From NCBI GenBank assembly GCA_951804945.1, contig OX638152.1, positions 71,610,001-71,674,000 of the forward strand: DNA of 64,000 nt, in the 5' to 3' direction. Source of the DNA: Podarcis cretensis (Eukaryota). Made by a program: the position numbers and the translations under genes. Positions 24,785 to 38,200 of the stretch are shown in pieces (within the stretch, counting starts at the first letter, position 1; the number at the start of each line of letters is the position of its first letter). The notes under the pieces are model-generated. The model was given only the letters and a program-made list of their open reading frames with translations. It ran no database searches and was not told the origin of the DNA.

Positions 24785-25277
24785 TGTCAGAATTCATGGT
24801 CGATCAGAGGTATGTGCCTATCTCTCCAGGCACCGGCTGAATTCTTTCGACCTCCCTCCGGCGACTCCCGGCAGGAAAAACACACGAGGTCCGTTCCGGC
24901 GATTTTCCTCAGGCTGTGAGAAAAACACACCAACTGCTTCTCCTCCTCCCTGCTCTCCAGCATATCCCAGGGAGGGGAATCAGACACAGACAGAAATGTA
25001 TCTACATGTTTTTTATTCCTGTCTTCAGCAGTCAAACAGTGAAAGATGTCTGCTCTCTTCAACAAACAGAGAGAAACTCCAAACTCCACCCATGTACATC
25101 CTGTACAGGTCATATGACACACACACTGAGCTAACATCCGGTGCTCAGTACAGAATGGACTGCCCCTTTGTTTCCATGGCAACAGTCACAAACATCCTGT
25201 CTGGCTTTGCAGCCACAAGCAGCTGACTGAGCTGCTGGAGCCTTTGCTTGCTGCAGCATTGCTGCTTTAGAATAACA
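24785..25277 (-). repeat. 5' LTR of Copia element (493 bp)
   Basis: Minus strand TGTTATTC...AATTCTGACA, followed by PBS; no difference from 21229-21721 seen by eye. Confidence 0.96.
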
Positions 25278-25377
25278 GGAACTAGGGTTCTACACCCGAA
25301 GCCTGGGTGTTCAGGTCATGCAGACAGGTGAAGCTGCCAGTGTCCCATTGCGCCCTTCTTCCCAATATTCTCCTAGC

Positions 25378-25800
25378 CAGTGCTTTTTTTCTAAAAAAAT
25401 GTTTAGGGATGCTCTCATTTTGACTCAAGAAAATCACCATTTTATAGTTCAAATTGGGAAAAATAAATACAGTAAATGGACAAAGAACATGAATTACCTC
25501 ATATTACACAGCTGACATCTCACAGCAACGTCCACATTGTCATGAGGTTGTGTGCACTAACATCTTCCCTCCTATTTCCAACTCCTACTTCACACATTAA
25601 ATGCTTGCTTCCGTCAGACTCGGAAAACATCATGACAGGAAATGAGGCCTCCATGGGGGGTAGCAATGGAACTGATGATTCACCATGCTAGAGAAGAAAC
25701 TAAAAATTTTAATTTTTTTTAGTTTCTTCTCCCATTAGATTCACAAAATGTTTAGGGGTATGCGTACCCCTGCGTACCCCCATTTTAAAAAAAACCACTG
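25378..25800. mobile_element. hAT non-autonomous DNA transposon
   Basis: CAGTGCTTTTTTT...AAAAAAAACCACTG termini; 8-bp TSD CTCCTAGC. Confidence 0.88.
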
Positions 25801-28800
25801 CTCCTAGCAAACAGGCTGGTGTTGTGCATTTCAGTGAGCAATCTGGATCCGTAACTGCTAGCTACAGGATTACTTTCTGGAAGTGGGACCCAGTGAAGTG
25901 ATGGGCTCCTTTCCTTCTTCTCCTCCCACCTGGTGCCACCACTCCCCGCTGAGAACACAATTATCTCCTGCCACAAGATCTCATATATATATATATATAT
26001 ATAACCTCTGTCATTTTTACTGATTGATTTTATTTGCTTTGCATATTCAAAAGTTGTATCTAGGTTCAGGCAGCCTCAATCGCAGAATGCTGTCATTTTT
26101 ATTACAAAAATTAGGTTACAAATGCAATGATCACTTAGGCTTTCAAGAAGTAGAAACCGCAGTTTTGAAATTATTCTGGTGGTGGGTTAACTGCTACCAT
26201 AATTTCAGTTCACTTTCTTAGATCTGACATTCTGACATGAGCAAAGAAATTTTTGTGCAAACAACTCAAAGGGCTTTAAAGAATCTTTGACAGAAACTGG
26301 GGGTGGAGATTTATGGATTAACATTCCCTTAAAATCACTTACTAGGAATAGAATGTTTGGGACATGGGAAATGGCAATATAACCATCTTCCATTCTGTCA
26401 ATATCAGCATCTCATAATAATATCCGGGGAGAAAAAGAACAGTGTAATTACTTTCTTACATTTGGCAGAAGATAAATAGTGAGCTGTGTTTACTCAAATA
26501 TGTTAATCAAGTATGGCAATTAATTTAAAATCAACTGATTATTTGCAAGTTATGGAAGAAACCATCCTTGTTAATAAATATCTTTTCACATAATTTATTT
26601 TTGCCAACTTCAATGTCTATTAAAATATTAGAGATCAATTATTAATGCACTTAGGCTTAAAAATGCATATATGGACATCAATTGCAAATGTTTCATTCAG
26701 TTTAAATGCATTGTGAATTCAATTCCATGCCTAATATTTGGCTGACATTTGGGGAACTTGACTGAAGGCTGTGCAGTGGGAATGGAAATCTTCAGGAATT
26801 TTCTCCAGATGCAACATTAACATTTTATATATTTCTTTGAAACGCCTTGCTTATAAACAGTATAGCAATGCCCAAAAAATATCCTTTCATGCAAACAAAT
26901 GCTTGCACAGAATTTTTCACTGTATCCAGTGCTAGTCATAATACTCAAAGTAAACCCACTGAAATCAATATCAACTTAGATCTGACGAGTTCAGTGGGTC
27001 TACTTTGACTTCAGTGGGTCTACTTATTTTTTGCAATAAGTGAAAATACAGGTTCCTTCATGCAAATAACCATTGCTAGAATAGTGACCATTCAGTCAAA
27101 AGAGGCTTCATAATTATTTGAGGGGGTGGAGCTATTTCTCCCACACAACATGTGAAAAATAGAAACAAGAAGTTCCCAATGCATCACTTACAGTGTGTAA
27201 ATAAAATTGGGTAATTCAGAACTCCAGAATTTGGGGAGAAACATGGATAAGGAGAGTTTCTCTAGAGGTTCTCAGTATCTATGGAGAGATACGGAGAGTG
27301 ACAAGTTATGGCAGTATTCATGGAAGAAGTAATCCATATGGAGCAATGGAGCCCTGGTTATAGTGAATCAGGCCATTGACATGTATAGCCTAGAGTCTAC
27401 CAAGGTTCAGAGTGCAATGCTGAAGAGTCTCCAGCTATGGAGTCAAACCAGGTTTACGGTCCTGAATCTTACCCTGGAGATGAGACCACTGAGCCTGTGA
27501 CTGAGAGACAGGAGCACACACAGCAACCGACTACCAGCATCTAGAGGTCCACAGCCAGGGCCCACATGGGAACCTTCCACTAAACCCAAAAAAACCAGTG
27601 GCTCCCACCACACTACACCCTGCCAGTCCAGTAGTTCTCACCAGAAGAGAGTCATGGAATGGGGAATGCCCAACTTCAGGCCAGATTATTGATACTTTAA
27701 GGCTCTAAAGTTATCTGCAAGGGGACAGGTAGCCCAGGGACAAATCTCAGATCAACTTATATTGGGGTAAGTTGCTCACTTGGGTTGGATCCACACTCAT
27801 CTGGTTTCTGAATATTTTGGAAGTCAAACGGACTTCCAGAATGGATTCCATTCAGCTTCCAAGGTACGACTGTATTCTGAGAGATAAATGTGTATTGTAA
27901 GAAAATATATTTAAAAATAAATAAGTATTAATTTCTATGCAGACGGGGGAAATCACAGATTGATAAATATATGTGTTGGACTAGACTTAAAAAGCAAATA
28001 CATGTGAAAGTTAATGGATCGTCCTCATCCCATCCCTAGAGGAACCACAGAGGTGTTCTAAATACATATCTTCCTGTTTTCCTTTATGTCATTTTAGAGA
28101 GTTTAAGCCTATCATGAGCCAGTTGTGCAGCTACCAAGACATCATAAATATAGTTTCTGAGCCTTCTTAGTGTTTTCTCACATAACTGGCTTTCCACAGG
28201 GCAGAAACAACATGTAGAGGCTTTTCAAGTACTTACCCTGCAGCTATCAATCGCTCAGTTGGAACTGGCCCTAATACAGAATCTATCCATCATATTACAA
28301 GTCATTAAAGGTACATTCAGCACTATGCCCTACTGCTGTTCCCGAATCATCCCTCGGCAATACCGCAAAGAGTCTTTTCAATCACACAAAGAGAAAGCAT
28401 CACATTTTGCCAACACGTGGTGTGTGTGCTTTGTTTTTTTTGTGGGATATGTTAATATGAAATACAGTACACATGACTGTTGCAGTAAAATTGTGTAAGC
28501 GCTGTATATCTACAACCACTTAGGTTTACAACAAAATGCATTCCTTTTTAATATCATCACGAACTCAATAGCAAAAATTGGATTTATTTTTTAAAAATGC
28601 TTTCAAAACTTTGTGCATATTCTAGCCAAAGCTCCTGTTACAAACCAATTACTATATGTGGGATGGATATGGGGATGTTTAAAGAACTCCGTGAGCAAAG
28701 GGGGAAAGATTTTGTGAACATGAGGCTTAAACACCACTAAATTGCTCTGGAGTTAGAATGGGATATGATTGTTTCCTCCAGGGAATTGAAGCACCAAATT

Positions 28801-31318
28801 AATATGAATGAAAATAATTCTCAAATATCAAAGTCTAATCTTCTACACTGTTGTGATTACATACTTTTTGGATTTTTGTTAATATGCCTGTGCCTGTTGA
28901 GACAAAGTGTAGTGGATTATATTTTACTCCCTGTCACTTTCAGAAGCAAATGTCTCCACACTTTGCTTACACTTATGAATGTTAAGTGCAGAAATTTGCA
29001 TTGATATGAAGGCATATTTACAATATGTGTGCATGTGAGTACTCTATGTGCATGTGTGCTCTTATCATTTTAGACTGGGATGGGGCACTCAAAGAAATCC
29101 AAAGTTAAAATAACTGAACTAACAAACAGTTTATCAATAAAGGGTGGCCAACGTGGTGCCCTCCAGATATTGCTAGATCCCAACACCCATCAGCCCCAGC
29201 CAGCATAACAATGGCCAGGAATGATGGGAACTGTAGTCCAACAACATCTAGAGAGCCACTGACACACACACACACCACATCCCTGTCCTTGGGATGTCTG
29301 CCCCATCCTGCCTCATGTTGGCTATCCCTCAATTCTCTTTCCCCTTTTCTCTCTCAGCAACTCTCTCTCCACAACAAAGTTCTGCTTCAAAAATTGTCCA
29401 AGAAAACCAGTTTCCCTTTATCTTCTTTATCAGTTAGCATTTGACCATTACAACAAGCAGATTATCTGGGGTTCTAGCCCCCTTTGCTTCCCCTTTTCTA
29501 GGAACCTTGAGTGCCAGCAGAAAAGCCTATCTATACGACCCAGTCCTCCATAAAAAACAACTAAGAATCTTGTGGCACATTATTTTCTTCAACAGACCAG
29601 GGTGCTTATTCATTTGGAAATCCTCCATCAGAGGAAGAGTATATGGGTTCCTGGATGCCTCTTTTCCATGCAGGACATCATAGACAACAAAGCAGTGGAG
29701 AGCACAGAGAAAGAGGGAGAAAAAGAGAAGCATCCCAAAGGACCTCTTCCTCCATTCAAGGCCTCAACAGTGGAGAAACCTAGATACACACACACACTAG
29801 AACTCTAGACCAACCTCAGCATGCCACACTAGTGAGAACTGAACATAAGAAGCAGACAGACAACTGTAGGGTTGCCATATATCGAAAAGTGAAAATCTGG
29901 ACAGAAACGTTGTTGAGCTGTGGTTGGCAACCCTAGCACAACTGATCTGTCTAGCAACAGCTCTCCAGAGTGTAGACAGAGGACATTCCCAACCCTAGGG
30001 CTGGCCCACCCATGAGACACACTGATACAGCTGCTTTGAGCAGGGGAATCCAAGGGGGTGCCATTGCCACAGGTGCCCCACCCGCTGCTGCCAGAGATGC
30101 AAGATGTCACTGGGACCCAGAAGCTGTGGCCACAACCGTACAACTCCAGTAAGTGAGACTATGGCAGGGGTAGGGAGGAGGGCAGTGAAGAGGGACATAG
30201 CTCCCCTTCTATGCGTGCTGGATTTTAAACCTGATACCTTCTGCATGAAATGGAAATGCTCTACCAGTGAGCTACAGCCCTTTCTTTCAGATTGTAGCAT
30301 CTATCCCAAAGGCTTCTCTGCTTTTTTCAAGATATCAATAGTGGGAGGAGGCGAAACCTCAAAATATGTACCCCAGATCACCTCAGCAGGCCACACCAGG
30401 GACAACTGAAAGTTAGGCATGTCAAGCATGTCTCTTTAAAAAGAAAACAATAGGTTCTATTTGCTATGTCCATAGATAGACTCTGTCTGAAGCCTGATAT
30501 GTGGATAGAAAGAAAGAAAATTCCCAGTGGGAAATGTCTGCCAGCTAACAGTGCATTAGCATGGTTCTTAAGGACACTTAAAGGTGAAAAGGAACTATTC
30601 ATTGCTCTCAAGAAAGTATCTAATCAGCTTTGCTAGCTGTTGTAACTCTGCATTTTCACAGTTTGAGGAGGCAACAGTAAGTGTAGCTTTTAAATCAACT
30701 ATGGCATTTCCCCCCTGTATCTAACAGAAACAAATAACAATGTTCTAACCATTACAGTATTCATCATAGATGTGAAGGTAATTTCTTAAGGTGATGGCTT
30801 AAAATTCAGCATAGGAGCTCTGAACTGGCATGTGAAAAGATGGTCAGCCACAGTCATCATTCTGGTGGTTTGACCTAATACCAGTGGACCATACATTTGT
30901 AGCAGCATCACAAGTTTCTGGCTGAAAAATCCCGGTTTCTTATCTTGCTGATGTTTAATATTGATCAAGGCACACACAATAACTTTGACAGTCTTCTTGA
31001 ATAATTACACAGTTGTGTCTGACTTTTTCTGATTGAAATTCTGGGTAAGTGCTGTGTGCACGGAATGTGCAACACTAGAGAAAGTATCGAAACTTTAGTG
31101 TTTTTGCTCAACCCATCATCCAGCAACTTCATAAAGTATCATTTTGACAACAGGTGCATAATCCATCAATATATAAATTTCAGTTCAAGTAATCTAAATG
31201 CAACCTAGAAAATCTATGCCACACCCCAAAACTCTAGGAAAAAGCATTAAATATATCATCTCTATGTGTTGACTAGGGCTTCCATAGAACACCCAGCAGT
31301 GAGTTGATATAAAAAGTA

Positions 31319-32363
31319 CCGTATTTTTCGCTCTATAACACGCACCTGACCATAACACGCACATCGTTTTTAGAGGAGGAAAACAAGGGAAAAAACATTC
31401 TGAATGAAACAGTGGATGTATCATTTTTGTGCTTCATGCTGTGGCCACAGACATGTGATCTGATGGTGAATTTGGGGTGACCCAATGCAAAAATCTTGAG
31501 GATCCATGTAGATCCATGCTTTGTAACCACATTTTTGCACCATTGCAGCCCCAGGCAACAGTGGGTGCGTGATTTTGGGGGGGGCAGGCTGTAGCCATGG
31601 ACACGCTATGTGCTCTGATGGTGAATTTGGGCTGACCCAATGCAAAGATCCTGAGGATCCATGTGGATCCATGCTTTGTAACCACATTTTTGCACCATTG
31701 CAGCCCCAGGCAATAGTGGGTACGTGATTTTTGGGGGGCAGGCTGTAGCCATGGACATGCTATGTGCTCTGATGGTGAATTTGGGCTGACCCAATGCAAA
31801 GATCCTGAGGATCCATGTGGATCCGTGCTTTGTAACCACGTTTTAAGTGGGGAGGGAAGGAAAAATATAGAAGGGACAAGGAGCACGAGAGGGGTGTGCG
31901 GAGAAGCAGCTGGCTAAGAATGCAGGAGAGGGGTTTAAAGGGGGGGGGAAAGGAAGGCAAAAGTCCACCCACCCACTCAAGCCAGCCCCCCCTCTCTCTC
32001 TCTTATCTGCATGTTTTCCGCTGCCTGCGAGTCCCCAGACGCAGCAGCAGCAGCAGCACCGGAGCGGACACTCTGCTTTCCTCTCTACTTGCCTGGAGGG
32101 GAGGGGATTTCACTGCTCTTTGTTCCGTCTGAGCAAACAGCAACTGAAACAGAACAGGGTGGGCAGTAAGACCCTGAGGCAAAATGCAGGAAAGCAGCAG
32201 CCTTCTCTCCTCCGTGACAGCACAATATGATTTTTGCCTGATTTTTGCCATGCACTTGGGACAAACGGCTCCAGGGACCACACATTCGCTCTATAACACG
32301 CACAGACATTTCCCCTTACTTTTTAGGAGAAAAAATCTGTGTGTTATAGAGGGAAAAATACGG
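31319..32363. mobile_element. Tc1/mariner-pogo-type non-autonomous element with internal minisatellite
   Basis: TA|CCGTATTTTTC...GAAAAATACGG|TA termini. Confidence 0.88.
31453..31839 (+). repeat. ~154-bp tandem repeat, 2.5 copies
   Basis: Units start at 31453, 31608 and 31762. Confidence 0.9.
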
Positions 32364-33386
32364 TATCTTACAGAAAAACCTATACACGTCTACTTCAGAA
32401 GACAGCTCAGTTGACTTCAATGGCATTTACTTCCAAATAAGTGGGCACAGGATTGTAGATTTTAGGTATTCTATGGAACTTCTTTACATTGTCAAATGGT
32501 TAGGCAACATTTCACACCAGAGGCTCACCAAGAAATTAGTGCGGACCCTTTAAGTAAGTATTTCATTTCTATTTCATCTTTTTGACAAGGAACTCAAGGT
32601 GGCATAGGTGGCATGGTTAATGGCCGAAGGTCACTAAGTGAGCTTCATGACTGAGCAGGGATTTGAACTCTGGTCTGCAAGGTTCTAGCCCAACACTCTA
32701 ACCTGGAGCCAGCCCAGCCATTAGGCAGGATGAGGCCACTGCCTCAAGTGGCAGCATGCTCATGAGATCTCACCTCAAATCACTCAAGATCTTGAGGAGT
32801 ATGGGAGATCTCATTCAATTTTGGGTGAGATCTCACCTCAAACTGGCACGATATTGCCTGAAATCAGTGCCAATGGTGGCAGCGCTTCTCCACCAGTGGT
32901 GGATGTAGCAAGGCGTGTGTTTACTTCAGGCCAGGAGGTAGTGGCAGAAGCAAGGTAGGTGGTGGTGGCAGTGGTGGAGCAAAGCAGCAGTCTCCCCTGC
33001 ACTGATCACTATGCCAGACTGGCTCTTAATGATACCATAGAGAAGAGGCAGAATGTTCTAGCTTACAAATGGATGGACACATGAAACTTACACAGACTGG
33101 AAATAAGCTGGTATGTCTCTCCCTTGCCACAGTGGTCGAGCTCACACATTGCATGTGGAAGGTCCCACAGCCAGTTATAGGCATCTTTTTGGCAAGGCTA
33201 AAACCCTGGAAAGTCACTGCCAGTCAGTGCAGACAATGGTGAGCTAGATGAAATAAAAGTCTGGCTTTGTTAAAGACAGTGCAGGCAATATTCAGAACAA
33301 AAGCAAAACTCAGAACAGAAGGCAGCTTTCTATCTTTCATTTCCCATGCATTGTGACTGTGGCAATATTTGGAACTGCCCACTTGA

Positions 33387-33389
<3 letters not shown>

Positions 33390-33448
<59 letters not shown>
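33390..33448 (+). repeat. Compound (TC)n(TG)n microsatellite
   Basis: Seen directly. Confidence 0.95.
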
Positions 33449-33455
<7 letters not shown>

Positions 33456-34335
33456 GGAGGGAGGGAGGGAGGGAGGAGGGAGAGGAGCCTCAACAATTTA
33501 CTTCAAGGCTTAATTGGAAAGGATTTCACATAAGGAAAAGTTTCACTTGTGTTCCTGTGTGTCTCCTGTGGCTTTATCCATTTTTTAAATACTTGGGTTT
33601 TCTTTCGTAGGTGCACTGAGAAAAGATGGCTATTCAGTAATGAGTTGCGAAATGCCCTATCCAGTAACTTACAGGAAGTGAATACTTACAGTAAAACTGA
33701 CAAGATAATAGGCAGCATGCTGAGATAGACCTGTGCTGGTCACATTACAGATACAGAAATTAGCTCATTATAACAATTCAACTGTTTCTTAAAAGAAAAA
33801 AAAAAAAACCCAAAACTTTCTTCTCTACAAAGGCATGGAATTGAGGTTCAGGTATGTGCTGTGTGTTTATTAGGCCTGTCAGATGATTCATTGGTTGATT
33901 AATCAAATGCCTTTTTAACTGATGATTCAATAAATTAAGTAATTAAATTTAAAGAGATACATATGACTGAAACCTCAGTATAGTTCCCAGATTGTGTATG
34001 AATGCTTTAGTTCAAGAATTAGCCCTAGAAATTTCCCTTGCGAAACTGGAATTCAGGAGGAATAGACCACGGGAGAACCAGAACAATGCAGGAATTGGGC
34101 TGGGGAAATAATCTCTTATTAAACATATGCTGACACTTGCACTACATCCCCTCTCCTCCCCAGTCACAAAATTAGAAAATTCGTCTAGGACGGATTGAAA
34201 AATGCTATCATCTATACTATTTCTGATCACAGCTTCCTGTAGTGAGATCTAGTCTAGCACTCTTTCTTACCTACTATATGTATTTTTTTACATGTAGACC
34301 CTTGAAATCAATGGGTTCTGCTCAAGAGAAATAGA

Positions 34336-34466
34336 TCATAGTATTGGAAGGGACCATGAAGGATCATTTAGTCCAAACCCCCTGCGATGCAGGAACATTT
34401 TGCCCAATGTGGAACTCGAACCCACAGCCCTAAGGTGAAGAATCTCATGCTCTACCAACTGAGCTA
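34336..34466 (-). mobile_element. tRNA-Lys-derived SINE with CR1 3' tail
   Basis: Minus strand TAGCTCAGTTGGTAGAGCATGAGATTCTT...GTGGGTTCGAGTTCCACATTGGGC followed by CR1-like tail. Confidence 0.75.
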
Positions 34467-35134
34467 TACAAATGTGGAGAATCACCTGGTTACTTTCAAG
34501 CTAAAACTGCAATCCTGGGCTCAGTTACTTGGGAGAAGGTCCATTAAACTCAATGTGACTTAATTTCAAGCAGGCATATACAGGGGATTTTGCATTGTCT
34601 AAATCAAGGTATTGGCACATTTTAAAAACCAAGACAGAAAGTAATAATGCATGAAGTTTAGCACTATGAAAGACTAGAAAGCAGTGTGCTTGATTTACAT
34701 ACTCTACTTATCAGTTTCCGTTAATGCAGCCATCACCATTAAACTATTAATTTTCTATTTCTTAACTCTAACAAATGATAATGCCATTCATTCATTAACA
34801 CTGGAAAGTGAAAAATATTGACCCATTAAACCTTTGATGAATCCACTCTAAGAGATAATTCTTCTCTGTAAGTTTGTTCTTAATTCTAGCTTGTCTGTGT
34901 GATTGGTTTTATTTTTGGAAGGGATTTCTAGTCTTCAGTGCACACAACTAATATTCCCACTCTCCTACTCCAGAGACCAGCACTATACAACCATTCACAT
35001 CAGGAACACATTGTGATGAGACAGAATATAGATACTGTATGCATGCTTTGAGTAACTCCTTTGGAAGAGAAAAGCAGGTGGTTGCATCCAACTAAACTAT
35101 TCCAAGTAGACCCATTGAAATTAATGGATTAAAG

Positions 35135-35270
35135 CAGTGTTTCCCAACCTTGTGCCTCCAGCTGTTTTTAGACTACAATTCCCATCATCCCTTGCCACTG
35201 GTCTTGCTAGTCAGGGATGATGGGAGTTGTAGTTCAAAAACAGCTGGAGGCACAAGGTTGGGAAACACTG
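35135..35270. mobile_element. Palindromic hAT MITE (136 bp); degraded relatives near 2285, 8803 and 29140
   Basis: Near-perfect fold-back CAGTGTTTCCCAACCTTGTGCCTCCAGCTGTTTTT; 8-bp TSD GATTAAAG. Confidence 0.92.
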
Positions 35271-38200
35271 GATTAAAGGCAGCCATGCCCAATAATTTCA
35301 ACATGCCCTCTCCAAGCAGGACTAACATAGGATCCAACCCAGAATATAAAGTTTTGCATAAATAAGTTCTAGTGGTTTTGCTAAAAGCAAATCCCATCAT
35401 TGGCCACCACAGGCTGAGCCAATTCTGCATACTGTTTTCCTGCTCCAGAAAATATTACTCCAATAGATTCAAATTATTTAGGCTAGGAAAGACTAAAGTT
35501 TCATCCAAAGATTTTTCTTTAATCTTTGACCTCACCTGTAAGTCAGAACTCAACACTTAAAGCCTAAATATTCATGGAAAATAGCTTAAGGAAATTGTGT
35601 TGGTTTCTGGTAGAGCTGTCAGGTTTGAGGGGGTTCCAAGAAAAATGCCACTCCACATATTCTCACACTGATTTATCTCCATTCCATACTGCCTTCTCCA
35701 AGCATCATTTATATTGATCATTCATAATGGCTTGTGTTCATTATGCTGGTGGGGCAGTTATATGGAAACATGCTTTCAGTTCCATTTGAACCTCCCAATC
35801 TTTTGGGGCTGTCATGCTATAGGCCCTTGTCCCATAGTTTCCTGCTGTAATTCTATAAATTCTAATACTACAGATTTTCGGAGGGTTGCCCCGTTCTTGT
35901 TGCACTATGTGGAAGAGTGGCCATAATGGGGTGACACTGCTGAAACATTGCAGAACAACTAGTAAAGCACAATAGTGTGTGGTACCACTATGAAGTTTTT
36001 CCAAGCAGATGTGCTGCTGGTGGAACAAGCTCCAAAGAGTCACACTCATTGTCTTCAGGTCTCAGGATGCTTATGCACCAATGTGGGGCATGGTGTGCGA
36101 ATGTGTGTGTGTGTCATTTTCTCTCTTTAAAAATGACAGATATCATGGTGGCTGCCATTGTGACAACATCAGTTGGGGCCTCTTAAGGGCTGTGCAGCCC
36201 TCAGACATTCCCCAAGCACTCTGTCTGCAATGATGTAGTTTCTTCTATCCACAGAGTGAAAAATTGGGACCCAAGCCTATATTTGCTGTTATTGCCAGAT
36301 ATCTGTATCTGCTATCATGGAAGATCTATCCAAAACCAAGAATGGACAATAAGCTTCCCAACAATCCAAGTTAGGGATCTACAAACTAACCCATTCTCTT
36401 CTAAATGTGAAAACAGCTGAAAGAAGCAGCCATCATTTAGCAAGCCCCCCTGTTCTGTTTGCATCTGCTTTTGTTGCAACAGGTACAAAAAACATAAACA
36501 AACAAATAAATTGGCATGAAGGATGAACATTGGCATTGCATGAGCTCTCCCAAAACCCATTAATCCAGCAATATACTCCTTTGGTGCCCTTTCTGTATTC
36601 TTCTGGTATCATTAATAAATGCAGAGTTTGTCAAGCAGGGGAGCACTGCAAGGAAAACAATTTACAAAGACCGAGTAGGTGGTACAATTTGGTCACCATA
36701 AGCTGATTGGCATTGTAGGTGGAATTCTGAGTTCTAGAAATGTGTTGGGAGCTGCTTTGTACACAACCATGGCAGATCTGTCATTTCTTTCTATCTGTCC
36801 TGCATGTTTAGGTGTGCATTTATTTTTAAAGAGCAGAATTAGCCATTCCTTTTCTGCTACAATTTAAATATGTCTTGTACCATCATCATCATCACCATCA
36901 TCCTCTCTCTCCAAAATCAGTACATTTCCATGGTTTGATTATTGATGGGGGCCAAGCTACACATTTTTTTTTAAAAAAACACCCATACACCTTTTAAAAT
37001 ATAAAAGTGTACTTCAGATGCCAACTTTTTGTTTTGATTGCTCCATTGAATGACCTTTTAAAAAAAGTAACAAAAAGTACAAAAACAGTTCAATCTCTTC
37101 CCATCAAAACCAAACTAATCCAAACCCAGTTCTAGGCTTTCTCTGCCACTATTTCTCCAGGTGAACAAAATCCAATTTATATGCATCTCAATGTGAAACT
37201 AGCAAATTCACATTTCTCCAATCAGTATGTAAACCGAAACACATCTATCGTTTGAAATCCACACTTCTCCAAAATTTGAAATGCAGCTCTCCATTCAGCC
37301 AACATGTAGGAAAATGCATATATTGCTGCTGGAGTGGGGTGGCAGTCTGCAAATTGTTGAGGAAATGTGGAAAACTGAATTTAACGCTGAGCAATTTAGA
37401 CAACTGCTCTGTAACCCCAAGTGTGCTATTTTTGTACAGCATACTGTGACTCTTCTTCCCAACTGGAAAGAGTTCAAATAATATCCCACTCCAACAAAAA
37501 TGGTACGTACACCTCAATGCTGCCAATTAAAGATTGCACTCAAATTACAAGTGTCAAAATGCTGAAATACTGTCAAATAGGAAAATATCAAATACAGAAA
37601 GGGTAATATCAGATGACAGGTAGCAATTATTTAATATTCATCCCTGGAAATCAAAAGAGGTAGAAAATGTCAAGAACCACAGAATTTGACCCAAACTTAA
37701 TTTGATTCTGTTTTCATAATTGCCAAAATATTTCTATTTTTGGTGTTTAGATTGCATAGATGCATAAACTCCACCAATGAAGAAATACTCTCCCAAATGT
37801 CTGTGAACTCTGCTGTTCTTGCCTGTTGGTTTTATGCTGTGTTTTGACTTTTTAAAATTTCAATAACATAAGCCTTCAAATTTTTATTGCAATTCCACAC
37901 AATGCTCTATCTGCCTGGAGACAGAATTTACATTTGATGCCATTTCTTCCTGGCAGGTACAATGGCAGAATCAGAATAAAAGCAAGCTCTTTGATAAGCA
38001 TGAGAACTCATTTAGATACCTGGGTGACAATTCTCATTCAGATACTCTCATAAAGACCACATTTACATGCCAGCAATAGGAGACTATAAAGAGGGGAGAA
38101 ATAATAACATTAAAGAAGCTCAATGAAATATTAATGTTGCCCTGTATGCGCTCCATTATGGTGCATGCAAACTCTGTAGGTTTACAGTTTTATGGGAAGG

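Larger units (their letters stand above)
21229..25277 (-). mobile_element. Ty1/Copia LTR retrotransposon, non-autonomous (no RT/RNase H), very recent insertion
   Basis: Two 493-bp TG...CA LTRs; 5-bp TSD GGAAC (21224-21228, 25278-25282); tRNA-iMet PBS; PPT; domain order Gag-CCHC-PR-IN typical of Copia. Confidence 0.96.

Noticed and set aside
27240-27760. Possible old LTR similar in composition to 57312 (also 29660-30150)
   Set aside because: No termini or TSD could be defined
31421-31886. Repetitive ORFs or a CRISPR-like array
   Set aside because: Translation of the 154-bp tandem repeat; no unique spacers, vertebrate DNA
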